Below, one piece after another: positions 37,068 through 51,387 of a DNA stretch of 64,000 nt (its first letter is position 1; every line of letters begins with the position of its first letter). Under the pieces are notes generated by a model, which saw only the letters and a list, made by a program, of their open reading frames with translations, had not been told where the DNA came from and searched no databases. A program made the translations under genes and the position numbers. The DNA is from Amphiscolops sp. MND2022 (taxonomy: Eukaryota): positions 35,032,001 through 35,096,000 of the forward strand of contig OZ076409.1 in the NCBI GenBank assembly GCA_964187785.1, read 5' to 3'.

Positions 37068-39076
37068 CTAGCGCACTTTGACATCGAAATGAAGTGGGAC
37101 TCTTGAGCAGATATCAGGTGATAAACAAAGAACAGATCGAGAATTGCGATTAAAGTTTATGTAATCAACTGAATATTACCATTACTTGAGGTAATCAACA
37201 ACTATCAACGCATAAGTAAATTTCAGACGACCGACCAACCAGAAGCCAGTTACACTAACGAACTTGCGTCAAGAAGAAACCAGCCTTATTAGGCAATTCG
37301 GTGCTCTCAATTTTAGGAGCAATTCATCCTTTAAACTAATTACATCTTATCCAGTCAAGTTTTGACCCGGAATTGACAATAACTGATTAGTACAAAGTGA
37401 ATGCGTACACACATTAGAACTTACGACGATGGAAAACGTTTACAAACCGAGAGACTACTTCAAGTCAAATGGTTCATGAGAACGCTACACTCCACCACGC
37501 TAACACCGGGATAAATTTACGCGCATCGATATTGAGTTACATCATAGAAAAAGAGACTGGAAAGAAAAAGATTGGAAAGACAAAATAGAGAAGGTGAAGA
37601 TAAAAAACAAGTCAAACTTGCGCCACTCCCAAACCAAAGTAATCAACAGGTACCAGCAGCCAAATCTAAAAACAAGACAACAAAGCCTTGAGACAAAGTC
37701 CTCCTGTTCAAATGAATCATTAGACGTGCCAGACATCATTTTTAGAAACTATCTGTGGGCGACAGATGTACGGTACAAATAAACGGGTCGTGCGAGTCTC
37801 AAACATGAAAGTAACTAGTGAATGATATGTTCGAAAAAATGTATGACAGACGGAACAAAATCATCGGCAGGCTTGAAAACAATTGCATCAGAAACGACAA
37901 ACGACGGCAAGCTGCTTTAAACACTGGTATTCCTAGACATACAACTGAACACACATCAGGAGAAAATCGCCCATACCAGAAGAGTATGTCCACAAAAAAT
38001 GTTGGTGGTGGTTAACGACGACTGCAATATCATTCTGAAAACTTTGAGGAACAAAGTTATTATGTAATAGCACGAAGGGCATCCCGCAGTAAACAAAATG
38101 ACTTCTGCGGCGAAGCCGCTTCGATCCCGAGGATAAGCAAAAAAACCTTGATTTTCAATGACAGAAAATACCTTCTTGCCCCGGTCGAAAAACTATATCA
38201 AAAAAAAGAAAGTGGATTGCATCGGACCAGTTAAATTAAGGCTCCGAGGATTGTTCCTTCTAATCTCAATCAATCGTTATAGTATGTGGCTTGCAGCATG
38301 CAAATGCAAAAAACAGGCAATCTATTGAAAGAGCAAAATATAACCTTGAGTGGCACGCCACAAACAATCAGCACGGATGAGTTCAGTGGCAATGAGCCCA
38401 GTGTACGGAAGTGGGAGAAAAAAAAGCTCAGAAGAAACAGATTGCAACGATCTCCGGGAGAGAACATGACGGCGAAACGGTGAGAAGAAGCACGATGATC
38501 AGCTGAAGAGAACCCGATGTTCACAGTGGTAGATCAGAACGGTAATTACGAATCTTTGGAAACTGAAATAGAAAACATATACCTAAACGAAAACCACGAA
38601 AATATAACCAGAAAATCAACCAAGAACCGCTAATCCTACGGTACGATACGGAAACCCAATAATATTTAAACTTTTACAGATAATACTGTTGACAAATAAT
38701 ACCAATTGATTCATGAGTCTAAAAAGTAGAGAATAATAATCGGAAAAGGTTCACAGCTCAGACGTAGAAAGAACCCTCTAAGTTAAACATTTTAGTTTAT
38801 TATCTTTGCTGTTGATGAACATAGTAACCCATTTCTTATCATACATTATATGTAAAAGTTTGTCTTTCTATCAATCTCGGTGAAGGAAGAAATATGATGG
38901 AGTTTCATCATTTAATCCGAACCTTTATTTATCTGACATGACAGCTTAGTACCTGTCACAACATTTTAGTTCATCATACGGTTTATCTAATCATTATGTA
39001 CGTTAAAGTCATACTGTCCAGGATAGATTGTTATCAAGCCTTTCCCTTTATCTTTGTTACATGTCAATACCACACA
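37068..39076 (+). mobile_element. Highly decayed Gypsy-like pol remnant with possible 3' LTR (~38895-39076)
   Basis: Fragments such as HEGHPAVNKM (integrase HHCC-like); purine run GAAGGAAGAAA directly before TG...CACA. Confidence 0.4.
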
Positions 39077-39972
39077 CTTTTTTTCTATTCTTATTTAGAT
39101 CAAAGACGCCAGTTTGAATAACTGCGCATTCAAAGTAAAGACTTTGATCAACAAATTGAACCTTTTCAGATTTTCCAAAGCTCCCAACGCCTTCTGAAGG
39201 CTTCTAACTGAAGATACCCTCAGGAATAAAACAATCGTCGGAATTATAATGCCATGTTTCGCCTAGAATCGCAGAAGTAATTAAATTTGTCGCGTTTTTA
39301 CGGCAATATTCAAGTGCTAATCTTCTACATTACTTTTACTTATCAGTTTTCTTTTGTGAAAAGCTTTTCACAAACTCATTTTTCCCATTTTTTATATGGT
39401 ATTTAAGTAATAAATTGGTCACGGACTGGACAATCTTTTGGTAGAAAAACATTTAATAGTCCCATGCCCGTAATTACGCGTTTCGACTCCCATCGCTCAC
39501 ACTCTTGTGTTTTAAAATTCAGCAATTGCGGTGCTCATTTCGCTTATTTGAAATTTATTTTTCAGTTAATTCATGTTGCCAAATTTACTGATCATGATCA
39601 ACGTGATCGAAAAGCTTTTAATTCACACATTCTTTTTTTTCATTTAGCAATATATTTGAGAAATTAATTGGTCACTTCATGCTACCGGAACCATTCACTG
39701 ACCGCTCAGTCTGCCCGAATGGACACCCCATTGGTAAAATAAGTATTAAAAAAGCAATAACCATTAAAGATAAATCTGAATGCAAATGTTAAAGGTCAAC
39801 CTGCTTCAGTGCATTATCGTCTTATCTTTTATCTCAAACTCCCAACCTACCCTTATTGGTATTTGGTTGATGTCATTCAATTGCAGGAAAATTTTCAGTT
39901 ACCGTGCCATTTGTTTCTGGATATCAAATTTAGAAATTTACTTCAACAAAAGTTGAAGCTAATCGTTCCAGA

Positions 39973-40137
39973 ATTAGCACTTCTAGGTGTCAATTGTTAA
40001 TTAGTGGGTTAATTTTATCCAGATAAGATGACAACATCGCATAATAAAATTTTGGCCAATTTTGTTTTATATGATGTCATCTGATCTGGATGAAGTTAAC
40101 GCACTAATTAACAATTTACACCTAAGAGTGCTGCTAA
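39973..40137. repeat. MITE-like imperfect inverted repeat
   Basis: TAGGTGTCAATTGTTAATTAGTG...ATCCAGATAAGATGACA versus TGTCATCTGATCTGGAT...CACTAATTAACAATTTACACCTA. Confidence 0.65.
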
Positions 40138-42103
40138 TTGGTTACAATTTACACCTCTTTTGTATTTTTCAACTTGAGTCATCACTCTCAAAAGCGACGT
40201 AACTTTTGTTCCAAAAAATTGTTTTCAGCATTTTCTTTCCTGAAACTTCTAGCTTAAATTCAAAGTTTAACTTCTCCCCATTTCTCTACTGTCAACAAAG
40301 CAGTCAATCAATCTCCCTACACACAATATCCCACCTCCGGTAATTGCACATTCATCATCATTAGCACCATTCATTGCCAACGTATTAGTCATATCTTCTT
40401 TGTACATCAAATCTTTGGCGCTAACGTCTTAAACATTCTGCTTTTCCTACCTCAGAGAAAAAGGAATTAGCTGAAGTGTTTAATTTCCTCCAGTCGTGAT
40501 TTTATTTCACAGCGCCGAACACCACAGCAAAAACAGTTGAAATTACTCAATTGCAGTCCATTAAACTCTCAAGCCATAGACCAGACTTTCATTTATGCTT
40601 TCGTCAATTCATTCCCCTTTTCGGTTAAATCTTCCCCCAATCGCACACTGCTTTAAAATTGTTTCCCACAGCGCGTGGAACATCTTTAATGCAACATTTC
40701 AGACTAGAACAGCATGACGAAATTCACCCCTGGTCAATTGAAAAATCTATACTATAACAGTATGTTCAAAGCATTTCTCAATCCTTTCGCAATTTTCAGT
40801 TTGGCTTCACGATAATTTCGAGGTTAGTTGTTTTCATATCAAGTTCAAAGCTAAAGACGCGCAGAAATTGCGATCCCACATCCCCTTACTTTGAACAAAA
40901 TAGATAGTTCAGTAGCACATCTCGAACCAAAAACTTTCTGAGTATGCTCAGTAGGTAAATGTTGTAATCTATGAGTTGCAATATTCGCGAAAATATCCGA
41001 CATTGAGACAAAAACTCTAAAAATAGTCAAATTCAAAACTTTTAGACACTATTCAATTCATTTCACGCTTTTCAATTTAAAAAATGAAAATTTCTCCCAC
41101 AAAAGCATGCAACTATTTTCCAAAAAAATACAAAACTGTTCAAAATTGGCAGTTTGCACCATTTTTTTGCTGTTTATTTGGCATTTTTTGTCATTAAAAA
41201 ACGTCAGTTTACGCGATTTAAAAAGTATGCTAAAAAGATATGTTTGGTTCGGATTGCTTCCTGCGATGGAAATATCTAGGATCGAAAATATTTCAAAACT
41301 ACTTAGAATCGAACGATTGCCTAATGTTACCCAGAGACGAAAATAATTTGAGGACAAGGTTTGACCAGCACTCGAAGATAATTTGCGTCTTGACGTTATT
41401 TAGCTTTGCTTGCAATCTTTGAAGATTGCCGCTTTTGAAACAATCGCCCGCAATCAATTCGTTTCGCGAAATGCACAGGAAGTGTCAATAGCTAAAAACA
41501 ATGTCTGCAAAGCCTTCTGAACATTGGTCAAGATTATAGTCAGTGTTGTACATTTATAGGATAATATAAAGGATCATTTAAATGATCATATAAATTTTCC
41601 AACCTTTAAAAGTGATTCATTTAAAGGAATAATCATTTAGATGAAAAGTATTAGTTTAAATAAAAAGAAACTGTACTCTCAAAGAATTGAACCTCGGCGA
41701 TAAAGCCTGGAGTGTGGAAGATTTATCACTTGTTTTAACTCTGTCTACTTCTTACTAGGTATTCTTCAGAATCCAGATAAAATGAACAGCTTCGAATGGA
41801 TGCATTGAATTGATTAGTGTCTATAAATTCGGAAAAATTGATTGTCCATGAAAAACATGAAGCTTAGAATCCAATGTTTACGTGACTGATTTTAATGTGA
41901 ATTGCAGTTTTGATGTAAAGTTCAGTAGCAATAATTTAAATGATCCTTTATGAACAATAAAACTTTTTTCCTTTAAAAAATCCTTTCAAAAGAAAGAAGT
42001 GCACAGTACTGATTATAGTGAAAAATTTAATTGATATCAAATACTATTTTCAATTTCACCATTTCAACAATACATTTTTTCTTCTGAAAGCATAGGTTTA
42101 ATA

Positions 42104-42224
42104 AGCTGAGTCAACTAATTATAATCTATCGGGTCTTAGTTTTAGATTGAGTAGATAGATTAGTTTTTATCTACATAGACTAATCAGAAACTAAGATTGG
42201 CTCTCGTTAATTGACTCAGGTTAG
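42104..42224. repeat. Imperfect hairpin / MITE-like
   Basis: CTGAGTCAA...TTGACTCAG, TCTTAGTTT...AAACTAAGA and GTAGATA...TATCTAC nested arms. Confidence 0.5.
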
Positions 42225-42336
42225 TCTTCCACAAGGAAAGGTCTTTGGCCGCCCCTATTTTTGAGGGGTCTCTTCTACTAGCACGAGCAATAAACAATGA
42301 CGTCTCTTTTACATTCAGAGTATGCCTTAGACAAGG

Positions 42337-43159
42337 AACAAGCCAGAACTGCCCAAGTCGGCACCCGCTCTAGGTTCGGCACACGAGTCGGCGCCCCGCG
42401 AGCAAAGTTTTCTTATATATGCGGAGGAACACAATTGTGGAAGTTATAATCGAAATGATACCCATAAGACTCGAAAACTGCCTTTTCTCCAGCTTGAAGC
42501 ATCAAAAACAACCCAAAAATCCATTTTTTTTTCGGAAGAAGTCTCATAATGCCGAAAAAGGAGCTTTCAACTCGCAAAACTACTTTCTTTCAAGCGGAAA
42601 TCAGCTATGAAAGCGAGGAGGATACACTTTGTCCAAATGAAAGTTTCGGAAAAAAAGATGCACAAAGCCGAAAAGGCTGAAAAAGGTCTTGTCCACAATC
42701 TTTAGAAAACTCAGCAGTTCCACAGGATCAAAAATTAACAGAAAATTTCAAAAGGCTAAAAATTATGATTTTTTTCGATAATTTGTTTTTTCGAATACTT
42801 TTCAATTTTTTTTAAAAAAACTTCGGCTAGTCGCACAGCGCCAAAACAACCTGAATTGGCCATTTATGTTCGCAAAGCACTTTGTTTTTGCTGGAAATCA
42901 AAAAGGGGGGTTAGGTTTGCAAAAAAAATCAGAAGAAAATCGCATAATGCCGAAACAACACCTCTAGTTCTGCGCGAGCAATAAAAAATTTACTCGAACC
43001 CGTGAACTACTGCTTCCCAGACATCAGGCGTTAACATCGTGGCCAAGTGGCACTTAGATGATACTAAGGTAGCTTATATGGCTTATAGAAATCTGTCAGT
43101 TCATCGGTCTTGAAAAAAGTCACTGTAGTCTGCTCTTTCTAACAAAGCGCCGACAAAAA
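42337..43159 (-). mobile_element. HINE-like element family 2
   Basis: AACAAG...AAGTCGGCAC start, AAAGCGCCGACAAAAA end, GCCGAAAA subrepeats, degenerate tRNA-like patch ~42995-43050. Confidence 0.6.
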
Positions 43160-43402
43160 GTTTCTTCCATTCAGCGAAAGTTGAAAATAGAACTAAAATA
43201 CCTGAGATTGTAATGTCGGGACCACCCCATACAAACTTAACATGGAATATCCGAGTTGACCTCCTGACTAAAAACGTAGATCGTAGAAAGTAAAACATGG
43301 CGCTGTATGAAATCAGACAGTCACGCGAAGACCATACAAGAGAATTAAGGAAAGACATATAATGCTCATTTACGAAAACATGAAAATCGTACAATGACAT
43401 AT

Positions 43403-43988
43403 ACAAGCAAGACGGGAACGTCTCAAGTCGGCGCTATATTTAAGGCTCAAAAAGCGCGAAGTTTTAAAAATTGTAAAAGGGGGACCCTTTTTTTGAAAGT
43501 CCAGTTTTTTCGCGAAATATCAAGAAAATTGAAGGGAGGAGGACCCTTTGGAGACTATAAAAAAATTCGAAAAAAAAGCGAAAAGGAGAATTTTGAAAAA
43601 GTCTCATAGTGCCGAAAAATTCAAAAGGGGAGACACTTTGGGCTTTTTGATATTTCAGTTTGCTGCAAAATATCAAAATATTTAAAAGTGGACCCTTTGG
43701 TGACAAAAAACTCGAGAAAAAAGTCGCACAGTGCCGAATAAAATTCAAAGGGGGAGCCTATAGTCCCGTCAAGGTTTGTATCTTACGTTGAAAATTGAGT
43801 ACACGAAAGGGTTGACCCTTTGCACTTACTTACATGCGTTTCCACTGGTCAGACTTGGCCGGTACAGTAGTTTAGTAGTTCTGTAGAAAAAGTGTCCACT
43901 ACGCATACATTCTGTTGTATTGCAAAAAAAAACTACTAATTGTAATAGTCGGGCTTTTTTCCTTTAAAGGAAAAGGCGCCGATGAAAA
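43403..43988 (-). mobile_element. HINE-like element family 2
   Basis: ACAAG...AAGTCGGCGCTATATTTAAGGCTCAAAA start as at 9011; GGCGCCGATGAAAA end. Confidence 0.65.
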
Positions 43989-44502
43989 CATAGCAAAAAA
44001 ATTTAATGATTTTTATGAATGGCAACTAGTTTCTATATATGGAACACATCATGTGAAATACACGTCAAGGGAAATCCTTCAGATGCTGAAAACGTATTGT
44101 GTCTCACCGATAGCCCTACTCTTCTAAAGGCGGACCAGCCCGCTCTATCAGCCAAGAAATGATAAAAAAGGAAAAATTGTTAATTCAGGAATGATGGTGT
44201 TCAGCCATTAGAGCACACAAGATGCGGGAAAACAAAAAAACACATGTGAAAGTATTTACAAATGCGGGAGAAAATATTCATCCAAGATACATGTATGATT
44301 TTACAATTTTGAACTATAAATCGAAGTCATTTATTAGAAGCAATGACTCATCGATTTCAAATAAAATTCCATTCAGAACATAACACCGCCTGCCTTGATT
44401 TCGCTGAGAAGAAATTAACAAGAGCGCTAAACATGCAAGCGCGATGAAATAAGGCACAGTAAGAGAAATATAAGGTTGGGGAACAAAGTCATCATGAAAT
44501 CA

Positions 44503-47500
44503 TTATGAAATCTTTATTGAAATTAGCATCAAACATTTTCTTATTTTCTTCAGTTTATGCAGCGGTCGATTGCAAATTCCTGCAGCGGTTTTCATTTTTA
44601 CAACTCTCACCAACTTGCCTGGCCCGGTGTACACATGTTGGATTTTAGCCAAAGGCCACTGCAGTTGGGAAACATTGTCATCAATTACAAAAACAATATC
44701 ACCAACTTTCAAGTTAGAAGTTTCTAGTTTCCATTTATTTCTTTTTTGTAGGGAAAGTACATATTCTTTGACCCATCTTTTCCAAAAAATGAGAGACCAT
44801 ATTCTGTATTTGTAACCATCTTTTTGTGTGTGAATGTGTACTGTCAGGATTTTTCAAATCTTTAGTAGTCTGGCTCAAAGGTAGATTCGCCAACTTTCCA
44901 CCCAAGCAGAAATGAGCAGGAGTTAAGAAAAACTCGTCCTTTGGATCTTCTGATAATGGGCAGATTGGTCTTGAATTCAAAATCATTTCAATTTGACAAA
45001 GTAGAGTACATAATTTTTCAAAAGAGAGAATTTTGTTTCCCCTAACTTTTCGGAGATGTATCTTTGCGCACTTGATTGCTGATTCCCATGAGCCACCAAA
45101 CGGAGAAGCTCTTGGAGGGATGAAGAACCACGTGATGTGCAAGCCTGCTGCTTCAGCCTCCAAGAAGTCACAGTGTTCATTCCCTAAATCTTTTGCAGGT
45201 CTGCTATTTCAATCCCCGAACGAACAAAACTTTTCCCATTGTCAATATAAAGATTTTTAGGACAACCACTGCGAGAAATGAAACTTCTGATAGTTGCAAT
45301 ACCTGCTGCTGTACTAAGATCAGAGACTAGTTCCAGATGAACTGCTTTACTGGCAAAGCACACAAAAAGCGCCAAGTAGGGTTTTTCAGGAGAATTTGGA
45401 GATTTCCCACAAAGGAAAAGACCAGCAAAGTCTACGTCCTCAAAGGCCTTTAGAGGAGGGTCAACTCCTGCCTTTGGAAGATCTCCCATCAAGAGGAAAA
45501 CTGGCTTCGAGTTGAAGCGATTACAATTGACACAATTCACTATCAGTTTTCGAACCAAATTTGCCAAAGTGGGAATCCAGAAACGAGTTCCAATATGGGC
45601 AATTAATTGGCTAGTCCCACCATGGAGTGTCAGCTGGTGAGAGTTCAATACAACTAGGCGTGCGAGTTGACTTACAATTAGGACTGCGAGTGTTGAGGAT
45701 TTAGTCTTTGAAATTTGCTTTCTGCAGGCAACTTTGCATGTACTAATCTTCCTCCAACACAAAGGAAACCATTATCGAGAAAGGGGTATTATTTACATAT
45801 TTGACTCTTAGGCTTCACTTGTTGTGCAATCTCTAGAGTTCGGATTTCTTCCGAATATCGTTTCTTTTCTTCTTGGCGAATCAAAAGTATGCTTAACTCT
45901 GTTAACTCTGGGGCAGTAATGTAAAAACCACGTTGTTTTTCAATATGTCAATAAAACGGCTAGCGTAAGCAAGAATACGCAGTACTTTCTATAAGGAGTT
46001 AAACCTCGACAAATCAATAACAACTTTTTTGTTATCCCTGTGAGCCACAGAGGTATGAAGACTGGTAATTCCTGTTGTTAGAGTCGACTTTTTCAACTCT
46101 TCACACGTTTCAACAATTGATAATGATTTGGGAAATTCCCCTGTTATTAACCACTTCGGACCAACACACATGATTCCAATTCAATTTGTTTTCACTTTGA
46201 ATTTCACTAATTCTGTTTGAAACAAAAGTTGACCAGCGAGATGATTCTTTTGACAACCAACACAGAACTATTGTTGAATCAGTCCACGCGAATGTTTCTT
46301 CAAGAACAACTGGCGCTTGAATAATAGACTTGATAACAGACTGATAAAACGTAGTGCCTAGCAGAGCAGCACAAAATTCTAATCTCGAGACAGATTGTGT
46401 TTTCACGGGGGCTATATGTTTTTGGCAACAATGAGGGATGACTTTCGCCTGCCATGAGAATCTGTGGCAACAATATAAATACAAGCAGCATAAGCCCCTT
46501 CTGACGCATCACAGAAGAGATGCTACTCAATTTTGTGTGAGAATCCATAAAGCAATACGAATCGTTGCAATTCCACATCCCTTGAAGAGATCATTTTCGA
46601 TCTCCACTTCAAACAATGGTCGGCAAGTTCGGAAGGGAGGTGATCATCCTATGAAATTTTTGCTTCCCAAGCCGTTTGCATTAACTGTTTCAAGAAAAGG
46701 TCACAGGTGATAACCAACCCAATTGGTCGAGAGACTTTGAATTGTCACTGAGCTTTTGCCGTTTGGTCAAAACCTTTGCTTCAAAGTTTTCCTTTTCGAT
46801 GTAGGAAACTTTAAAAACGAAGCGATCTTCGCTGTGTTGCAAACCAATACCGACCAGTTTTATTGTATGGCTCTGTCTAAAAACTCCAAGTTATCATTTG
46901 CTTCGCGGTACTCCGGCGGAAGGTCTAAAAAAATGCTTGAAGCGTTCGAACTCCACTTCCGAAGATCAAATCTTCCTCGTTCAAGAGTTTTTACTAATTG
47001 CTTTTGGAGTATCCGAGCTTAATCGGTCGAATTGGCTCCAGTGAGAATGTTATCAACATAAAAATCTATCAATAAAGCTCTTTCCACCTCAGTGGATACT
47101 TTCGACAAATTGGCACATTCTCGCAAATATCGGATTGAATGATACGATGAGGAAGATACGCCATTGGGAACTCAGGTCTTTCGTAATGTTTCAACCGGAC
47201 CATCAGCTGTAAATTTCCAAAGAAACCGATGAAGTCTCGATCGACTTTATCCAGCTCAACTTGCCGATAGTCTGTCGCTACATCAACTGATAAAGCAATC
47301 TTGAAAAATCGGAATCGTAGGAGAATATTGAACAAATCATCCCGAAGTTTGGGACCAACTAGCAAATAATCATTAGGTGACAAACCAATTGTCGTTTCAG
47401 CACTAGCGTCAAAAACAACACGCAACCTGGTGGTTGTACTATCTTCTTTCAGCACGCAATGATGAGGCAAGTCGAAGTTTGGAGAATTATTAATCTCCCC

Positions 47501-49694
47501 GGGTTGGATCTTCTCCAAGTGACCAAGGTCAATGAATTCTTAAATGAAAACTAAATATTTTCAGAAAAGGTCGACATTAGGGCGCAAAGTCTATTCAAGA
47601 TGGAAAAAACGCTTCATTGCGTTCGCTTTCGAAAAACCTAAACTGTGGGGTCCATCTTTGAATGGCATCTGTACTACAAAACGGCCATCTTCTATGCGTT
47701 TTGAGGTGCTATCGAAGTGCTCTTCACAACGACGCTCATCCAAAGTTAAGTGTCTAGTTTCGGGGACATTTTCTATTTCCCAAAATTTCAAAAGGAGTTG
47801 GTCAGAGTCACAATTTGGAATGGTAGTCAAGTGTGACACAACGTTGTAACTGCCAGACGAATACACAGGACCAGACACAACCCAACCGAATACGTAATCC
47901 CGAATGCACAAGCCGTTATCTTTTATTTTTTTATCAAGCAAAATGTCTTCTTTAACGTCTGCACCTAGCAAGAAATCAAGCTAATTAGGAACGTTGAAAA
48001 GGGATCAGCTAAGTTAAGATTGTTCACATGGCGCATAGTCGAAATGTCGCTTTCTTTATCGGGAATGGTATGAGATGAAGATTAACTTCGATAGTATCAT
48101 TCAACTTCACTGGCAAGGAGCCTCGAGTTTTTTGAGAATGGGCAGGACCCATGGTAGAAACATTTATTTGGCTGCGGTGAGTTGACAGCATGAAGCCTGT
48201 GCAACATCTTCTGTTACAAAACTGGCTTGTGAACCGCAATCTAAGACAGCCCGCAGCTTAATTGCGCCTCCCGATGAATTTCGAATTGTTACAAGAATTG
48301 TAGAAAAAATATTAGTGTTTATTAATAACAGTGTTTGTTTCATTGTCAGCACTAAATTGGCCTGTTGAATTGCTTAGTGGATTCCATTTTGTTGGAAGTT
48401 GAATTCGTACTTGAAGAGGTGTCTTGAAGTCTTTGTAGAGGTGTTTTGATCAGGAAGCTGTTTCTGAGGTCGATGAATCAAGGTGTGATGTTTCACTTTG
48501 CACTCGCGGCGAGGGAACTCAGATGCACACGCATTAGACGAGTGTCCTGATTGGAAGCAGTTTTGAGAGCGTTTTTTGTCTTTACCGAACTTATGTCTAT
48601 CAGCAGGACACATTCCTTTGAATTGTGAACAAGCATAAAGGCGATGATCCTCCTGGCAACATTCACACGATGAGCCTTGAAAAGCATAATTCTGAACCCT
48701 TTTTGTCAGTGTTTGGTTACCTTGGTTGCAGGGAGATGTCACACTTGATTGCGGTGTGACATTTGTGCCACCGGATTCAAGTGCACGGCTTCTTGTGTCA
48801 AGGAATTTTGACAATAATTCCCATGACAATACGTCAGTGCCTAGATTATCCAACTGCCACTGCTTGCATGACTCTGGATCCATCTTGTCGGTCAGAACAA
48901 AAACTAAGATAGCATTCCAATGCTCTACTGGTTGACCAAGTTCAACAAGTGCTCGTAAATGTTCATTGGTATGCTACAAAGTTTCTCAATCCAAGAGCAT
49001 ATTCAGTTTTCAAAACTGGCTGCGACCAAATTGCTTGTAAATGAGCTTGAATGATGCTCCTTTTATTTTCATATCGATCTTTTAACAACGTCAATGCAAA
49101 ATTGTAGTTTGCGTCAGTTATCGAGATTGAACTAATTAATCTCACTGCTTCAGCCTTTACACAGGCTTTCCAAAAGTTCAGCTTTTCTGAATTGGAGAGA
49201 TGGGGATTAGAATCGACGGAGGCCTTGAATAAGTCCAAAAAAACTCATCCAGTCAGTGTATGATCCAATGAATGTTGGTAGCTGACGTTTGGGAAGCTTC
49301 TTCTTACTCGATGTAGCCAAATTTGATGAAGAAGGGTCTCTTGAAAACTCACGCGGAGGTTTATCACGTTATTTTTTATGAATCTCAATCAAAGCAGACA
49401 ACCTAGCAATGGTAACATTAGCAGAAACATGGAACTCCGTTTGCTGTTCCAGTTCATCGGCCAACTCATTTTCTTCAACGTCTATCAATAGTTCAAATTC
49501 TGCAGAGAAATTATGAATCATTGAAATTATATCTTGTAATGTCTTTAGCAAAGCTTCACATTGAAAAAATTTAGTTGGAGTGTCAATAGCAGTGAACGTG
49601 AATTCATTAATTTTTTTGTTCCAATCTAGTGAAAGCACCTTTGCGACCACCTCTGATGCGAGTAAGTTTTCGATGTTCAGTAGCTGGTTGTGTG
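44503..49694 (-). mobile_element. Decayed BEL/Pao LTR retrotransposon, 5' end cut by the Gypsy LTR
   Basis: LPKRQLPTF..DLFKASVDSNPHLSNSEKLNF (gag); Cys/His knuckles; AVLDCGSQASF (PR); LPHHCVLKEDSTTTRLRVVFDASA and FYVDNILTG (RT); RLEFCAALL, WTDSTIVLCW (RNase H); CFASKAVHLELVSDLST, PFGGSWE, LNSRPI (IN); KVGDIVFV..WPLAKI (C-term). Confidence 0.92.
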
Positions 49695-50431
49695 TGTCAC
49701 AGTCCGCTCCCGGACTGGATTGCGGCTGTAGACGAGTAGGATAGGGACGTGGACACGGCTGTACAGCAAAATTGGCAAACAGGTATTTCAGATACTGACT
49801 CAAACTGTAAGTAATGATTAAGATAAACTGTGACTGAAAATGAAAATACGTCTAGTGCGCGCAAATCTAAAAATGAAAATGGAAACAGAGAAACACTTAG
49901 CCAAAATGATTTCACACATTTCCGGCAGGACGTTTCCATAACGCTGAATTAAATATTTTCCACCTGAAAATAAAATTAAAAGATGTCTTAGGAAAAGATC
50001 ATAGACTAAGCTAAACAAGAATACAGGCACAAATTATCTTCAAACAGAGTACATTAGCTGGATCTAAAGTGGAAAAACACTTTGAAATATATGTAGAGAG
50101 ATTACGCCTTGTCAAAAAAAGGCTATTTAATTGCGTTTGAACAGCAATTAAAGTGGTTTAGGACGCACAAATTGCGCAAAGCAAACAATACGGCAGTGAG
50201 AATTTGGCTACATGTATATTTGTTGTCTATAGGACGCAGACAAGTTTTGAAGGTATACTAAGTGACGTCACTGCCTCGTCTATGCATACCAAAATTCATT
50301 CCAATTATCCGCCTATATCAACCACTATGCTAGAAAATCATTCCGATTTACCGCCAGCGTGACGTCACAATACTAGTAACTAGCTGTTAACTTGTCTCGA
50401 GATATGCGTCAACGATGCGGCAAACTTGGCA
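49695..50431 (+). repeat. 5' LTR
   Basis: Matches 63189-63925 at offset 13494; TG...CA; two TGACGTCA motifs (50263, 50360). Confidence 0.9.
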
Positions 50432-51387
50432 GAAGAAAACCTGCCCGGATATCTTTAAATGAGATTTTCACAAGAAGTTAGGCAAAAGTCACAGTTTATA
50501 CTCATGTTCAGTGCGGGTAAAATATATTTTGTACCCAGAAATGTATTTTCATAAGTTTGTACCTTTATCGTCGATTTGGTAAATATGTACATGATGATTG
50601 TTGATGCAATTGTTTTCTTATACAAGTTCTCCTAATGGGCTTGGAAACTGTTGTGCTGATGACGAAATCAAAGCTGTGGAAGCGTTAATTGTTGTTATGC
50701 TATTGGTTTTGTAAAATGTGACGCAATTGGTGCGACAAACCAAGTTTTGTATCTGTTTTTTTCCTTAATTTGTTGGAAATTCATGAATGCTAATTTTATT
50801 CCTATGCTTATATTAATCTTCCGAAATATTCTCCTAGCATCGATTAAATAATCCTAGTCTGGAATTAGTCATTGCATTTTCATCAAGTTGAAATTCAAAA
50901 TCAGGTATTAGTTGTTCACGTCAGCGTCATCTCAGCGTCAATTTCCCGCGAACCCAAGCAGCAAAACAGGGAATTGTTTCCGGTTTGATAGACTGAAGTA
51001 ATATCTACTTCCTGCTCGGGAGGAAGCAAAATGACGCCGGAATGAAATGATATGAATATGTGTGATGACTAATACTAAATGTAGGACATCGTGTCTCAAA
51101 TTTTGTCGAATTGTCGACGCACTTTTGGGATTTTAATGATTTTTTCACCGAAAAAACAGGAAATGACTAATCATTTTAAAGAATTTGGGAATATGTACGT
51201 GATCAAATGATGCTAGGAGGGTATATATAGGAAGTGCAAATTTTCCTAAGGGACTCGGTCTTTTGCCAGTGCTACAACTTAGTTGTTTCAAACTTGTTAT
51301 TCTCAAACTATCCTTATTCCTCTAACCTTGTTGAAAATCAGAAAGAAAAAATTGAATTCTTCAAGAACAAATCTTTCTTCAACAACA

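Noticed and set aside
35696..37081. 461-aa ORF continuing through N
   Set aside because: Its length is inflated by the assembly gap, and the sequence after the gap appears to be a different, older element
49369..49803. 144-aa chimeric ORF starting in the Gypsy LTR and reading into BEL gag
   Set aside because: Chance in-frame junction with a non-ATG start; BEL gag has a stop at 49369-49371
50263..50367. CRE motifs in the LTR as cAMP-responsive enhancers of Epac
   Set aside because: About 29 kb from the first coding exon, with no evidence beyond motif presence
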